Positions 9,825-19,308 of a DNA stretch of 27,202 nt are shown here, piece after piece (within the stretch, counting starts at the first letter, position 1; every line of letters begins with the position of its first letter). This DNA is from Chlamydiia bacterium (GTDB lineage: Bacteria; Chlamydiota; Chlamydiia; Chlamydiales; Parachlamydiaceae), in assembly GCA_038257035.1 (NCBI GenBank), contig JBBSJT010000018.1:1-27202 (forward strand), in the 5' to 3' direction. Made by a program: the position numbers and the translations under genes. Below the pieces are notes generated by a model. It was not told the origin of the DNA. It made no database searches and saw nothing but the letters and a program-made list of their open reading frames with translations.

Positions 9825-11555
9825 TTAGTTTACAATTGTGCTTTCTTGCTGAGTAAGCGGTGTCTTCATAGAGTCTGATGTGACATCTAGGATGATACGC
9901 GCATCTCCAGAACTCTTAGCTCTACCATCAACTCTTAACTTAAGATTCTGTCTAGCGTTGAAGTTAGCAATCGGCGCAAATGTTACTGTCTGACCTTCGA
10001 TCTTACCAGGAACATCGCCAGTTACACCAACAGGAGTAACTTCAGCCGGGAATCTAACAGTGATCACTACATTAGTGTCAGCTTCAGAACCTTGGTTAAC
10101 AACATTGATGTTGTAGCTTGTTGTTTCACCGATGCATATTGGAGACTCAGTCTCTGTAATGCAAGCGTTGATTGAAGGACGACCCTTCCAACGAGTTGTG
10201 TATTCGCATGCTGCTGTGCAACCTTGGCAGTTAGTAACGTTTACACGGTTTGTAAAGCAACCAGGTGTACATGTTGTTAGAGTAACTGAGAAAGAAGCTT
10301 TTTCGCCAGGCTTCATCTCTCTTAGTCTCCAAACAGCGTGGTTACCATTAACTTGTGCGCCATTAGCAGCAACAATTGATGTTGCACTTGGAGCTGTATC
10401 TGTAACAACAACGTCTGTAAGAGGTAAGTCACCTGTATTAGTCACAGTGATTTGGTAATCAGCATTTTTGCCCATTCCCATTTCTTTTGGACCAATCTTA
10501 GTACATTCGATACCACAGCAGCAAATGCATGTAGTCCACTGGCAAGATGTTGAATCAGCATTACATGCAGTTACAACGATATTGTTTGTGACTTTACCGC
10601 GCTTAACTGCAGTTACACAGAAATTAACAGTTTTAGTTTGGCAAGGCTCAAGGCTACCAAGTTTGAAAATTAACTGTCTTTGGCCGCTTGAATGCTGAAC
10701 GCCATCAGGAAGGCTGTCTGTTACAACAACTTCTTCTGCTGTGCAGCTGCCACGGTTTGTTACAGTAATTGTGTAATTCATTGGGTCGCCTGGGCAAACT
10801 TGCTCAGGACCACACTTTTCGCAAGTTAGACGAGGTTTTGCGCAAACAAGTGAGCAAAATCTAACCGGAGTTGCAGTGGCACAAAAGCAAACGCACTGCT
10901 CGCCTTCACATTCACATTTTACAAATACTTTAGCATTGATAACTTGGCATTTGTCCATATGGCCGATGTTCCAGACTAGTGTTCTTTCACGAACATTAGC
11001 TTCAGGCATACTTCTTACAAATGAAACACCTTCTGGAAGACGTGCTGTTACTACAACATCGCAAACATCATCACAGGCTTTAATGTCAAATTCAATTGGG
11101 TACTGCTCACCTAACATACAAACTCTAGAAGGATTACGTGCAACAACTGTAATGCCGTCTAAGCAAGTAAGTTCAGCAGTTGGCTGAAACTTGCATTTTG
11201 CAGGAAGTTTACATAATGGTTCGCAAGGTGGAGGACATACAGGCTGACATGCAGGTGCCGGAGCGCATGCAGGTACAGGCTTACATGCCGGTGCCGGAGC
11301 GCAAACAGGTTGACATACAGGTGCCGGAGCGCATGCAGGTCTAGCTGGTGGGCATACAGGCTGGCATACAGGTGCCGGAGCACATGCAGGCTTACATACC
11401 GGTGGGCATGAAGGTCTTGCCGGTGCTGGGCAGGCAGGCTGAGATTGTACACAAACAGGTGCTGTATCACAGCAACGGTCTTGACAACCTGACCATAGAA
11501 GCGCCGAGGCACTCAAAAGAAGAACTGAGGCTAAAACCCCAAGTTTTTTTCTCAT
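9825..11555 (-). CDS. omcB: Large cysteine-rich outer-membrane complex protein OmcB
   Basis: Very Cys-rich, with DUF11-like repeats (YTITVTNRG, YQITVTNTGD, YNINVVNQG), CFCATATP and WKG motifs. Lies downstream of omcA. Confidence 0.93.
   Translation of the reverse strand: MRKKLGVLASVLLLSASALLWSGCQDRCCDTAPVCVQSQPACPAPARPSCPPVCKPACAPAPVCQPVCPPARPACAPAPVCQPVCAPAPACKPVPACAPAPACQPVCPPPCEPLCKLPAKCKFQPTAELTCLDGITVVARNPSRVCMLGEQYPIEFDIKACDDVCDVVVTARLPEGVSFVRSMPEANVRERTLVWNIGHMDKCQVINAKVFVKCECEGEQCVCFCATATPVRFCSLVCAKPRLTCEKCGPEQVCPGDPMNYTITVTNRGSCTAEEVVVTDSLPDGVQHSSGQRQLIFKLGSLEPCQTKTVNFCVTAVKRGKVTNNIVVTACNADSTSCQWTTCICCCGIECTKIGPKEMGMGKNADYQITVTNTGDLPLTDVVVTDTAPSATSIVAANGAQVNGNHAVWRLREMKPGEKASFSVTLTTCTPGCFTNRVNVTNCQGCTAACEYTTRWKGRPSINACITETESPICIGETTSYNINVVNQGSEADTNVVITVRFPAEVTPVGVTGDVPGKIEGQTVTFAPIANFNARQNLKLRVDGRAKSSGDARIILDVTSDSMKTPLTQQESTIVN
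11230..11450 (-). repeat. Intragenic Pro/Cys tandem repeats in the OmcB N-terminus
   Basis: Degenerate units such as CAPAPVCQPVC and CAPAPACKPV. The DNA word GGTGCCGGAGC recurs four times. Confidence 0.85.
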
Positions 11556-11746
11556 TTTTAGGACTCCTTGTTTTTACTTTAAGGAATTGGTTTGTTCAAA
11601 TTGTTCACTATTTTGCTGCTTCACTTTTGTAATTTGCAGCAATTTGAAAATCGTCCCTATCTTTCAAATTTTCTTTTGTCTCTTTTTTTAGGGTACAGAG
11701 GATTTAAATACTATTAAAATCATCTATACCAACTAAAAAAAGATTA

Positions 11747-11776
11747 AATACAAGGGGGACATTTCCCCCTTGTATT
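11747..11776 (-). terminator. omcA-omcB intercistronic stem-loop
   Basis: Perfect 13-bp stem AATACAAGGGGGA/TCCCCCTTGTATT with a 4-nt loop, about 45 nt after the omcA stop. Confidence 0.7.
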
Positions 11777-11820
11777 GCATTTTCTATAGAAAATAAATTC
11801 TTTAGAATCAGCAAATCAAA

Positions 11821-11973
11821 CTAGCAAGGGCAGCATGGAGCTGGTTTTACACAAGCTGGTTTTGGGCACATTGGCTTAGGACATGGATCGCAGCAGTTGT
11901 TACGATCGCAGCAGCAGCTTGTTAATGCAAATGCAACAGCGCATAAAGCAATAATAGTTTTAATTGATTTCAT
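11821..11973 (-). CDS. omcA: Small cysteine-rich lipoprotein OmcA (absent from the ORF track)
   Basis: Manual translation gives MKSIKTIIALCAVAFALTSCCCDRNNCCDPCPKPMCPKPACVKPAPCCPC*: 50 aa, 12 Cys, lipobox LTS-C. AGGAG RBS; directly upstream of omcB. Confidence 0.92.
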   Translation of the reverse strand: MKSIKTIIALCAVAFALTSCCCDRNNCCDPCPKPMCPKPACVKPAPCCPC

Positions 11974-12250
11974 AGCAATCTCCTATGGTTTTTGTTTAGA
12001 CGAAATCTATCTTCCTCAAGGACATTTGATGGACCAACAAAATTGGCATCAGAATGCTCCTTCTAAAAAAAAGGATTTACCTATTCTAGATACGGATTGA
12101 GCATTAAATCTTCCAGTATAATCTTAAGTTTCCACTGAAAATTTTAAAGGATTTTTTATAAGTTGTTGGTTAGGAGATTGTTGGGGCAATAGGGGTTTTG
12201 TAGTTTTTTTTATAGGATAAAAGGGTTTTGTGGAATAAAAGGGTTTTGTG

Positions 12251-12404
12251 GGACTTTAAAGGACAAAAAGGACTTTAAAGGACTAAAAGGACGTTTCCAC
12301 CGTCTTAAAAACACTTTCGATGCAAACTAATTTATCATGAAAATATTGTCAAGAGGGTGGAATCGTCCTTTTAGTCCTTTTTGTCCCTTTTGTCCTTTAA
12401 GTCC
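12251..12404. repeat. Long palindromic element E (AAAGGAC-unit arms)
   Basis: 12251-12301 is an imperfect reverse complement of 12356-12404. Arms are ~9-nt tandem units around a ~54-bp spacer. Confidence 0.88.
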
Positions 12405-12472
12405 TTTAAAAATCCCTCTAAAGACTTTTTAGTCCCTGAAGTTCATTATTGTTAATCTTTTAACTTTAGACT

Positions 12473-13315
12473 TTAGACTTTAGACTTCCCTGACCAGTTG
12501 AGTTTGGTTCTTAAAGTAGTGAAAAAATCATGATTGTGCATGCACACAATGCGAAACTGTCTTGATGAACGTCTAATGGTTAAATGCTCATCGTTTGCCA
12601 AACTAAAGCTTGTGTAGCCATCAAACGTGACTTCTACAGGTAGATTACGACCTGTATATTCCACACGTATTTCAGTTTTTGGCATTAAGACTATTGGACG
12701 ATTGGTAATTGTATGAGGGCAGATGGGTGTGATGACAAAAGCTTCAAGTTCAGGACTAAGGATAGGGCCTCCGGCAGATAGTGAATAAGCAGTCGATCCT
12801 GTGGCCGTAGAAAAGATGACCCCATCGGCAGAAAAAGTATTGAGATATTGATTATCGACAAAGATTGAAAGATCAATAAGGCTTGGATTAATAGCTCGGT
12901 GAACCACAATTTCATTCACGGAAAACGAACTTTCGTTTTTTGAAGTTACGCCATCCATCATACATCGGTTTTGGATAGTAAAATGGCCTTGTAAAAAAGC
13001 ATCTAAAGTTTCAAAAAGCTCATTTAGGGGAGTGTCCGCAAGAAATCCTAAGCTTCCCATATTAATGCCGAAAATAGGGGCTGTAATTTCAGGATGACGA
13101 TGAACAACGCGTAAAATTGAGCCGTCTCCTCCAAGGCAAAGTGTGTAATCAATCAACTTTGGATCAATCGAGGAAAGAGGTTTTACACCGTCTAATTTTA
13201 TACTGCTTTCTTCAGCATAAATAGTTACATTTCTTTCCATTAAAAATAAGCAAATGCTTTTGAATATTTTTTCAGATTCATTTTTGTTTGGATTATAAAA
13301 AAATGCAAAGTTCAT
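12473..13315 (-). CDS. nadK: NAD kinase
   Basis: [21 protein letters not shown] and ADG...[16 protein letters not shown] motifs. Confidence 0.96.
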   Translation of the reverse strand: MNFAFFYNPNKNESEKIFKSICLFLMERNVTIYAEESSIKLDGVKPLSSIDPKLIDYTLCLGGDGSILRVVHRHPEITAPIFGINMGSLGFLADTPLNELFETLDAFLQGHFTIQNRCMMDGVTSKNESSFSVNEIVVHRAINPSLIDLSIFVDNQYLNTFSADGVIFSTATGSTAYSLSAGGPILSPELEAFVITPICPHTITNRPIVLMPKTEIRVEYTGRNLPVEVTFDGYTSFSLANDEHLTIRRSSRQFRIVCMHNHDFFTTLRTKLNWSGKSKV

Positions 13316-15237
13316 GAATTTATAGACTCAAGTTCTTTAAATTTAGAATGGTCTGTTTTTTTAGTTGCAAGACGGCGTTGAATTTGTTCTGTGATGTTTT
13401 CAGGAGTTAAACCAATTTCGTTTAAAATTTCCGCATGGGTGCCTTGTTCTAAAAAGGCCTCCGGAATACCAAAATTCATCACTTGGCAGTGATTGTATCC
13501 GTGTGTCATAAAGAAGTGATTGAGGATCGAGCCCATTCCTGAAATTAAGGAATGCTCTTCAATGGTGACAACAAAGTCATGTTCGGTAAGCAATTGACAC
13601 AAAAGGTCGGTGTCGAGGGGTTTAACGAAAATTGGGTCTAAAACGGTGCTTAAGATGCCAAAATCTTTCAAGTTATTTGCCACTTTTAAAGCCATTTCAG
13701 TCATGACCCCAAGACCGATAATTAAAATTCCTTTGCCCTTAACAAGTACTTCCCCTTTTCCAAGAGGGCGATGTTGCAAGGGGATATCTGATTCATCCGT
13801 AGACATATTAGGGTATCTGATTGCAGTTGGTCGCTCATAGGAAAAAGCAGATTCCATAAGCTCTTTTAAAATATGACCGTTTCTTGGTTGGGCAATCACC
13901 ATATTTGGCATAGCATTTAAAAATGAGATGTCATAAATACCATGATGTGTAGAACCATCAGGACCCGAAATTCCGGCTCTATCAATTGCAAAAATGACGG
14001 GAAGTTCTTGTAAACAGACATCATGGAATAAGTTGTCAAAGGCACGTTGTAAGAAGGTAGCATAAATCGAAACAACAACTTTTATCTTTTTACCATAAGC
14101 TAAACCACCGGCAAATGTGACCGAATGGGATTCTGCAATCCCAACATCAAGGCAGCGATCAGGAAATTTTTTCATAAAATCGTCAAGACAAGAACCGGCA
14201 CTCATTGCAGGAGTAATGGTTACTAATGAAGCATCTTTTTCGGCCATCTTTAAAATGTGAGAGCCAAATACTTTTGGAAAACTTGTTTTGTTTCCTGCCG
14301 TTGGAAGAAATAATCCGGTCGATAGGCAAAAGGGCTTAGCTCCATGGTAAGAGGTGGGATTACTAATCGCCTCTTGCATGCCTTGTCCCTTTTTCGTTAG
14401 GACATGGATGATTACAGGCCATGTAGAATCTTTTACGCCTTCAAAAACTTCAATCAATTTTTTGATGTCATGTCCATCAATTGGACCTATATAAGATAAT
14501 CCATATTGTTCAAAAAAAACGGCAGGACTGACTAGATTTTTTAATGATTCAGTAAGTTTATGGCCTTTTTGGGCTAAAGTTTTGCCGTATGCCGGAATTT
14601 TTGAAACAATTGATTCTAACTCTTGATAAATTTTATTTGCTGTGGGATTGCTAAGAAGTCTGCTTAAAATTTGTGTGATAGCACCTACATTTTCAGAAAT
14701 GGACATATTATTATCATTTAATATGACAATAAATTTCTTTAGGTGATGAGGAATGTTGTTCAAGGCTTCTAGTGCAGTGCCACAAGTCAGAGTAGCATCG
14801 CCGATCACAGGAATTACGTATTCATCACGTGAGTCAAGATCTCGGTTTTTTGCTGCACCCAAAGCAAGTGATAGGGCAGTGCCAGCGTGGCCTGCGTAAA
14901 AATGATCATGTTCTGATTCTTTAGGATTACTAAAGCCACATAAACCTTTAAATTGTCTGATGCGATCAAAACGATCATAGCGTCCGGTCAATAGCTTATG
15001 AACATAGGTTTGGTGGCTGACATCAAAAATAAATTTATCTTTTGGTGATGCGAAAACCTTATGCATCGCAATTGTCAATTCCACAACCCCGAAATTGGAG
15101 GCAAGATGACCGCCTGTAACAGATAAAACCTGACGGATTTTTTCACGGATGGACGATGCTAATTGTGTAAGCTCTTCAATAGAAAGGCGTGAAATATCGC
15201 TTGGATTTTTAATGTTGGCTAAAGTGTTATCACTCAT
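13312..15237 (-). CDS. dxs: 1-deoxy-D-xylulose-5-phosphate synthase
   Basis: [27 protein letters not shown]...[16 protein letters not shown] and [13 protein letters not shown] motifs. Confidence 0.97.
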   Translation of the reverse strand: MSDNTLANIKNPSDISRLSIEELTQLASSIREKIRQVLSVTGGHLASNFGVVELTIAMHKVFASPKDKFIFDVSHQTYVHKLLTGRYDRFDRIRQFKGLCGFSNPKESEHDHFYAGHAGTALSLALGAAKNRDLDSRDEYVIPVIGDATLTCGTALEALNNIPHHLKKFIVILNDNNMSISENVGAITQILSRLLSNPTANKIYQELESIVSKIPAYGKTLAQKGHKLTESLKNLVSPAVFFEQYGLSYIGPIDGHDIKKLIEVFEGVKDSTWPVIIHVLTKKGQGMQEAISNPTSYHGAKPFCLSTGLFLPTAGNKTSFPKVFGSHILKMAEKDASLVTITPAMSAGSCLDDFMKKFPDRCLDVGIAESHSVTFAGGLAYGKKIKVVVSIYATFLQRAFDNLFHDVCLQELPVIFAIDRAGISGPDGSTHHGIYDISFLNAMPNMVIAQPRNGHILKELMESAFSYERPTAIRYPNMSTDESDIPLQHRPLGKGEVLVKGKGILIIGLGVMTEMALKVANNLKDFGILSTVLDPIFVKPLDTDLLCQLLTEHDFVVTIEEHSLISGMGSILNHFFMTHGYNHCQVMNFGIPEAFLEQGTHAEILNEIGLTPENITEQIQRRLATKKTDHSKFKELESINS

Positions 15238-15259
15238 TTGTTACCGGAAATTTTTAAGG

Positions 15260-15532
15260 TTATAAATCAAAATTTTGAGTGATAGGCTTTTGATCTTGCG
15301 TTAAAGCCAGTTCGCCTTTTCGATTTTTAATTAGAGTTTCGATTTTTCTCTCGGCAGCATTTAGTCTGTTGCTGCAGGTATTAATAAGCTTGTCAGCTTC
15401 TTCGTAAAGCTTTAAAGATTCATCGAGAGTTGCCGTGCCGGAATTCATTTTTTCAAGGATTTCTTCAAGACGGAAAAAAGCTAATTCAAAACTTAAATTT
15501 TCAGACTCTTTTTCATTTTTTTCATCATTCAT
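15260..15532 (-). CDS. xseB: Exodeoxyribonuclease VII small subunit
   Basis: SFE...RLEEILEKM...[10 protein letters not shown]...L..AE..I pattern; overlaps the xseA stop. Confidence 0.93.
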   Translation of the reverse strand: MNDEKNEKESENLSFELAFFRLEEILEKMNSGTATLDESLKLYEEADKLINTCSNRLNAAERKIETLIKNRKGELALTQDQKPITQNFDL

Positions 15533-16884
15533 TTTGGATTAATTTCTTTAATGGTTGAAATGAGTTCGCCATCGGATAAAATCAAACGAACATCTTGTTC
15601 TTTTTTTACAGCATTTACAGAAGTTATAACTGAAAAATCTTTTTCCGAAAAGAGAATACAATAGCCTTTGGTTAAAACATTTTTGGGATCCACTGCATGA
15701 AGCATGTCAACCAAGGGGGTTAACTTTTCTTTCCTTAAAGAATTTAGCTTATTTAAGATGCGATGATTTAAATTCTTTTCCAGGACGCAAAGCTTTTGCC
15801 TATAAAATTCAAGTTGGGTGGTCGGTTTTAATGATTGCAAATGTTTTTTTTGGCCTTCAAGCATTAGTTGTTTTTGATTTAGCGACTGTTTCATTTGATT
15901 TTCCAGACGATTCCGCATTTCATCGAGCCGTTGCATAGGAACACCCACCATAGCGTAAGGGGATAACAATAAAGGTTGCTTCAATAGGCCATTTAAATGG
16001 GCTCTTGCGTGTTTGATTAAATTAATGACCATCTGCTGCAAACGGCTTTGAATGATCTCAATTCGTTCTATCAAATGCATTTTTTCAGAGATTACAATTT
16101 CAGCAGCAGCAGAAGGGGTTGGCGCCCTGACATCTGCTACGTAATCTGCAATACAGTGATCCGTTTCATGCCCGACTGCTGAAATTATAGGAATTCGGCT
16201 ATTAAAAATGGCCGTTGCAACAATTTCTTCATTGAAAGCAAAAAGATCTTCGATGCTACCGCCACCTCGTCCAACAATTAAAACATCTGCCAAGTTGTAT
16301 AGGTTAAATTGGTTAATGGCATCGGCAATTTCTTTTGCAGCACCCTCACCTTGAACCTTTACCGGGTTGATGATTAATTCAAAGCCGGAAAAACGCCTTG
16401 TCAAAACATTTAAAATGTCCTGGATGGCGGCACCTGTTGGACTTGTAACAACTCCGATTTTTTTTGGTAACTTTGGAAGAGGTTTCTTATGTTCTTTTTT
16501 AAACCAACCCATCTTGTGTAATTTTATTTTCAATTCTTCAAGTTTTAAGAGAAGCTCACCAAGGCCAACTTGTTTTAATTCGCGTACTGTAATTTGATAT
16601 TTGCCGCTTGGTGCATAGACGTTGATGTCCCCATTAACTGTAACGCGATCTCCATCTTTTGGTATGTTTTTTAAAGTTGCAGCATTAGCCCGGTACATAA
16701 CGGCAGAAATTTGTGCTCTTGAATCTTTGAGTGTAAAATAGAGGTGACCTGAAGTGTGAAGTTTGAAATTGCTGATTTCGCCCTCCAACCAGAGGGACGA
16801 AAAAGTGCCTTCAAGGCAATGTTTAATTGCATTAGTAAGCTGTGAAACTGTTAAAACCGGTGGAGTATTTTGAGGGGCAGACAT
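15529..16884 (-). CDS. xseA: Exodeoxyribonuclease VII large subunit
   Basis: [46 protein letters not shown] and [10 protein letters not shown] motifs. Confidence 0.97.
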   Translation of the reverse strand: MSAPQNTPPVLTVSQLTNAIKHCLEGTFSSLWLEGEISNFKLHTSGHLYFTLKDSRAQISAVMYRANAATLKNIPKDGDRVTVNGDINVYAPSGKYQITVRELKQVGLGELLLKLEELKIKLHKMGWFKKEHKKPLPKLPKKIGVVTSPTGAAIQDILNVLTRRFSGFELIINPVKVQGEGAAKEIADAINQFNLYNLADVLIVGRGGGSIEDLFAFNEEIVATAIFNSRIPIISAVGHETDHCIADYVADVRAPTPSAAAEIVISEKMHLIERIEIIQSRLQQMVINLIKHARAHLNGLLKQPLLLSPYAMVGVPMQRLDEMRNRLENQMKQSLNQKQLMLEGQKKHLQSLKPTTQLEFYRQKLCVLEKNLNHRILNKLNSLRKEKLTPLVDMLHAVDPKNVLTKGYCILFSEKDFSVITSVNAVKKEQDVRLILSDGELISTIKEINPK

Positions 16885-16930
16885 GGGGGATCCTATCTAT
16901 ATATAAGTCACCATTTTAACCATTATCGCT

Positions 16931-17143
16931 AATGGCATCAATAGTTTTTTTAAACACCGAGAGCTAGAGAGAAAGGCAAGAGAGGAGGGAAGAGCGTTTA
17001 AGTTGATTAATTTTGGTGTTACTCGCTCTTCTCTCTTTTTTTCTCTCTAGTTCTCTGTATTATAAGAAAACTTTCGATGCCATTGAGTTAATAGAAAACT
17101 ATTGATGAGATTACCGAGTTAAAAGAAAACTATTGATGGCATT
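16931..17143. repeat. Palindromic element F (AGAG-rich arms) with a triplicated right terminus
   Basis: 16931-16996 is an imperfect reverse complement of 17024-17084. The terminal word AGAAAACT(A/T)T(T/C)GATG occurs at 17065, 17093 and 17124. Confidence 0.8.
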
Positions 17144-17254
17144 ATAATTATCTGCTAGGTTCCAAAACAGAGAACCAACTGTTTCAAAATTCAAGCTTTA
17201 AGACTCAATACTACAAAATTTTTAATGAAAAAACCAAATTAAATAGGAGTCTTT

Positions 17255-17761
17255 ATGAAAAATCTTATTCATTTTTTTGCTATTTCATCAATTGTTTTAT
17301 TAGGAGCTTCTTTAGAAGCAGCAATTGATGTTCAAGTTAATCAAACTAGAACTCAAACCCCAATACAATCAGTTCCTCAAGATGCAATACATCAAACAGT
17401 TCCGAATGGAGCAATACATCAAACATCTCCGAACGGTGCTATACATCAAACATATCATTCAGCTCCAGTGAAAGGTGTTGATTTACCAAATGCAAGAGGC
17501 GCTACTGCCATTACTTCCACTACATCCACTACAGCTTTTGTTTCAGACCAAGATCTTGCAAAAGAAATTAAACAAGCAATAAAAGACGATAGAATCTTTT
17601 CAACAGATTCAAAAATTAAAATTCAAGTTACTGTATTTAACGGAAAAGTTACACTTTCCGGCGATGTTAAAAACGAAGAAGAAAAAGCAAGAGCTGAAAT
17701 TCTTGCAACTCAGATTAATAAACTTAAAGGTGTAGTTAACAACCTTAGAGTCGTTAAATAA
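17255..17761 (+). CDS. Exported BON-domain (OsmY-like) protein
   Basis: Signal peptide and a C-terminal BON pattern (D..LA.EIK..I...IQVTVFNGKVTLSGDV...GVVNNLRV). AGGAG RBS. Confidence 0.85.
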   Translation: MKNLIHFFAISSIVLLGASLEAAIDVQVNQTRTQTPIQSVPQDAIHQTVPNGAIHQTSPNGAIHQTYHSAPVKGVDLPNARGATAITSTTSTTAFVSDQDLAKEIKQAIKDDRIFSTDSKIKIQVTVFNGKVTLSGDVKNEEEKARAEILATQINKLKGVVNNLRVVK

Positions 17762-17768
17762 TTTCATT

Positions 17769-17798
17769 TTAAAAGAGAGGTCTCGGCCTCTCTTTTAA
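17769..17798 (+). terminator. Intrinsic terminator (bidirectional type) after the BON gene
   Basis: TTAAAAGAGAGG-tctcgg-CCTCTCTTTTAA immediately after the stop. Confidence 0.8.
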
Positions 17799-17821
17799 CT
17801 TCCCACATTTCCTTCCCATTT

Positions 17822-17990
17822 AACTCACCTTACGCTAAAATGATATATGTAATCCAGCTGCACTCTCCCCTGAAAATGTCTCTTTCGTCGGCCTTGAGAA
17901 ACTATGTCCTCCTCAAGAACGCTTCGCTTCCATTCTCAGCAAAGAGTTCGCTTTGGCTTTCAAAAAATCATTTTTAGCGTAAGGTGAGTT
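17822..17990. mobile_element. MITE-like element G, 169 bp, with perfect 19-bp terminal inverted repeats
   Basis: AACTCACCTTACGCTAAAA (17822-17840) and TTTTAGCGTAAGGTGAGTT (17972-17990). Nested internal stems; no coding capacity. Confidence 0.75.
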
Positions 17991-18086
17991 TTTCACAAAA
18001 AAATAACTTGAATTTCAAGAAAATTCCATGTACGATTAAGAATTCATGCGATAAAAAGCAAAAGATTCTTAAGATTAAGGTGTATT

Positions 18087-18875
18087 ATGACAGGCTTAAA
18101 AAAAGCTGCAACCATCGTTGGCAATTGGAAAATGTACAAGTCCATCGAAGAATCGCTAGATTTTATCAAAGAACTTTTACCCCTTATTCAAAATGCCATT
18201 ACGCAAAACAGCCCCAAAATTTATTTAGCCACACCCTTTACTCTATTAAAGCCGGTTTCTGAAGAAGTTCAGTCCACTCCTATTGTCATTGGCGCCCAAA
18301 ATATGAATGATGCCGAAGAAGGCGCTTTTACAGGCGAGATTGCAGCTAAAATGCTTGTTGATTCAGGAGCGAAATTTGTAATTCTTGGCCATTCTGAAAG
18401 AAGAACAATTTTTCATGAAACAAATTCTTTCATTAATAGAAAAGTGAAGAGGGCTCTTAAAAGTGGCTTACAACCAATCCTTTGTGTCGGAGAAACATTT
18501 GACGTCAGAGAGGCCGACAAAACAACAGAAATTCTTGAAGAGCAGCTTAAAAATTGTTTGGAATCTATTACTGAAGAAGAAATGAAAACAATCATGATTG
18601 CCTATGAGCCTGTCTGGGCAATCGGCAAAGGGATTCCTGCGACAGCCGAAGTTGCAGAAGAAGCCATTAAAATTTGTCGCTCATTTATTGAAAAAACTTT
18701 TGGAGCACCTGTTGCTGAAGTTGTATCCATTGTTTATGGCGGTTCAGTCAAACCTGAAAATTGCAAACAATTTTTGGAACAGCCAAACATCGATGGGTTG
18801 CTTGTCGGAGGAGCTTCGTTATCTGCTGAAACTTTCAGCAAAATTATCAATTATCAAGAGGAATTAGTACGATGA
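18087..18875 (+). CDS. tpiA: Triosephosphate isomerase
   Basis: GNWKM, GAFTGE, GHSERR, AYEPVWAIG, YGGSV and GLLVGGASL motifs. Confidence 0.98.
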   Translation: MTGLKKAATIVGNWKMYKSIEESLDFIKELLPLIQNAITQNSPKIYLATPFTLLKPVSEEVQSTPIVIGAQNMNDAEEGAFTGEIAAKMLVDSGAKFVILGHSERRTIFHETNSFINRKVKRALKSGLQPILCVGETFDVREADKTTEILEEQLKNCLESITEEEMKTIMIAYEPVWAIGKGIPATAEVAEEAIKICRSFIEKTFGAPVAEVVSIVYGGSVKPENCKQFLEQPNIDGLLVGGASLSAETFSKIINYQEELVR

Positions 18876-19162
18876 ACTTTCTTTATTTTTTAGCCATAGC
18901 TTTATTTTTGATCGTATGTGCCATTCTTTGCTTTGTTATCCTTATTCAAGAAAGTAAAAATGCTGGCCTTGGTTCTTCATTTGGTGGAGAGGCGAGCGAT
19001 TCACTTTTTGGAACATCAACTGCAGATGTTTTAAAAAAATTCACAGGCTGGTTGGCTGTTATCTTCTTTAGTGCTTGTATTGTATTGTCTCTTTGGACAA
19101 CTGCTATGGGACGTACTAAAATTAATAGCGCCCCCGAATTCACAATCGAACAAAGCCAATAA
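18872..19162 (+). CDS. secG: Preprotein translocase subunit SecG
   Basis: Two hydrophobic segments flanking ILIQESK..GLGSSFGG; canonical tpiA-secG linkage. Confidence 0.92.
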   Translation: MNFLYFLAIALFLIVCAILCFVILIQESKNAGLGSSFGGEASDSLFGTSTADVLKKFTGWLAVIFFSACIVLSLWTTAMGRTKINSAPEFTIEQSQ

Positions 19163-19177
19163 ATCAGTTTATTTTTT

Positions 19178-19230
19178 GTAGCGTAGGTTTCAACCTGCGC
19201 CAAGTTTTGGCGGGTTTTAACCCGCCTTAC
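19178..19230. repeat. REP-doublet (REPIN-like) element
   Basis: GTAG-led hairpin GCGTAGGTT-tc-AACCTGCGC, an 8-nt linker, then an inverted second hairpin GGCGGGTT-tt-AACCCGCC-TTAC. Confidence 0.65.
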
Positions 19231-19308
19231 TCAATGTTTCCGATTTTGAAAAAATCGTTCTTAAGTTATAATTACACTATAAATGTGCATTATAAAGGTG
19301 CGAGTATC

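Noticed and set aside
11897..12100. 67-aa plus-strand ORF
   Set aside because: Antisense shadow of omcA.
17065..17143. Mini CRISPR array
   Set aside because: Repeats are about 20 bp with 8-11-nt similar spacers, and there are no cas genes. Better explained as duplicated element termini.
17984..18867. Alternative-frame ORFs over tpiA, and other nested or antisense ORFs over omcB, rny, dxs, xseA and lptD
   Set aside because: They overlap well-supported genes and have no recognisable motifs.
19207..19308. N-terminal extension of the DUF29 ORF
   Set aside because: The TTG start falls within the REP doublet; ATG 19309 has a plausible RBS.
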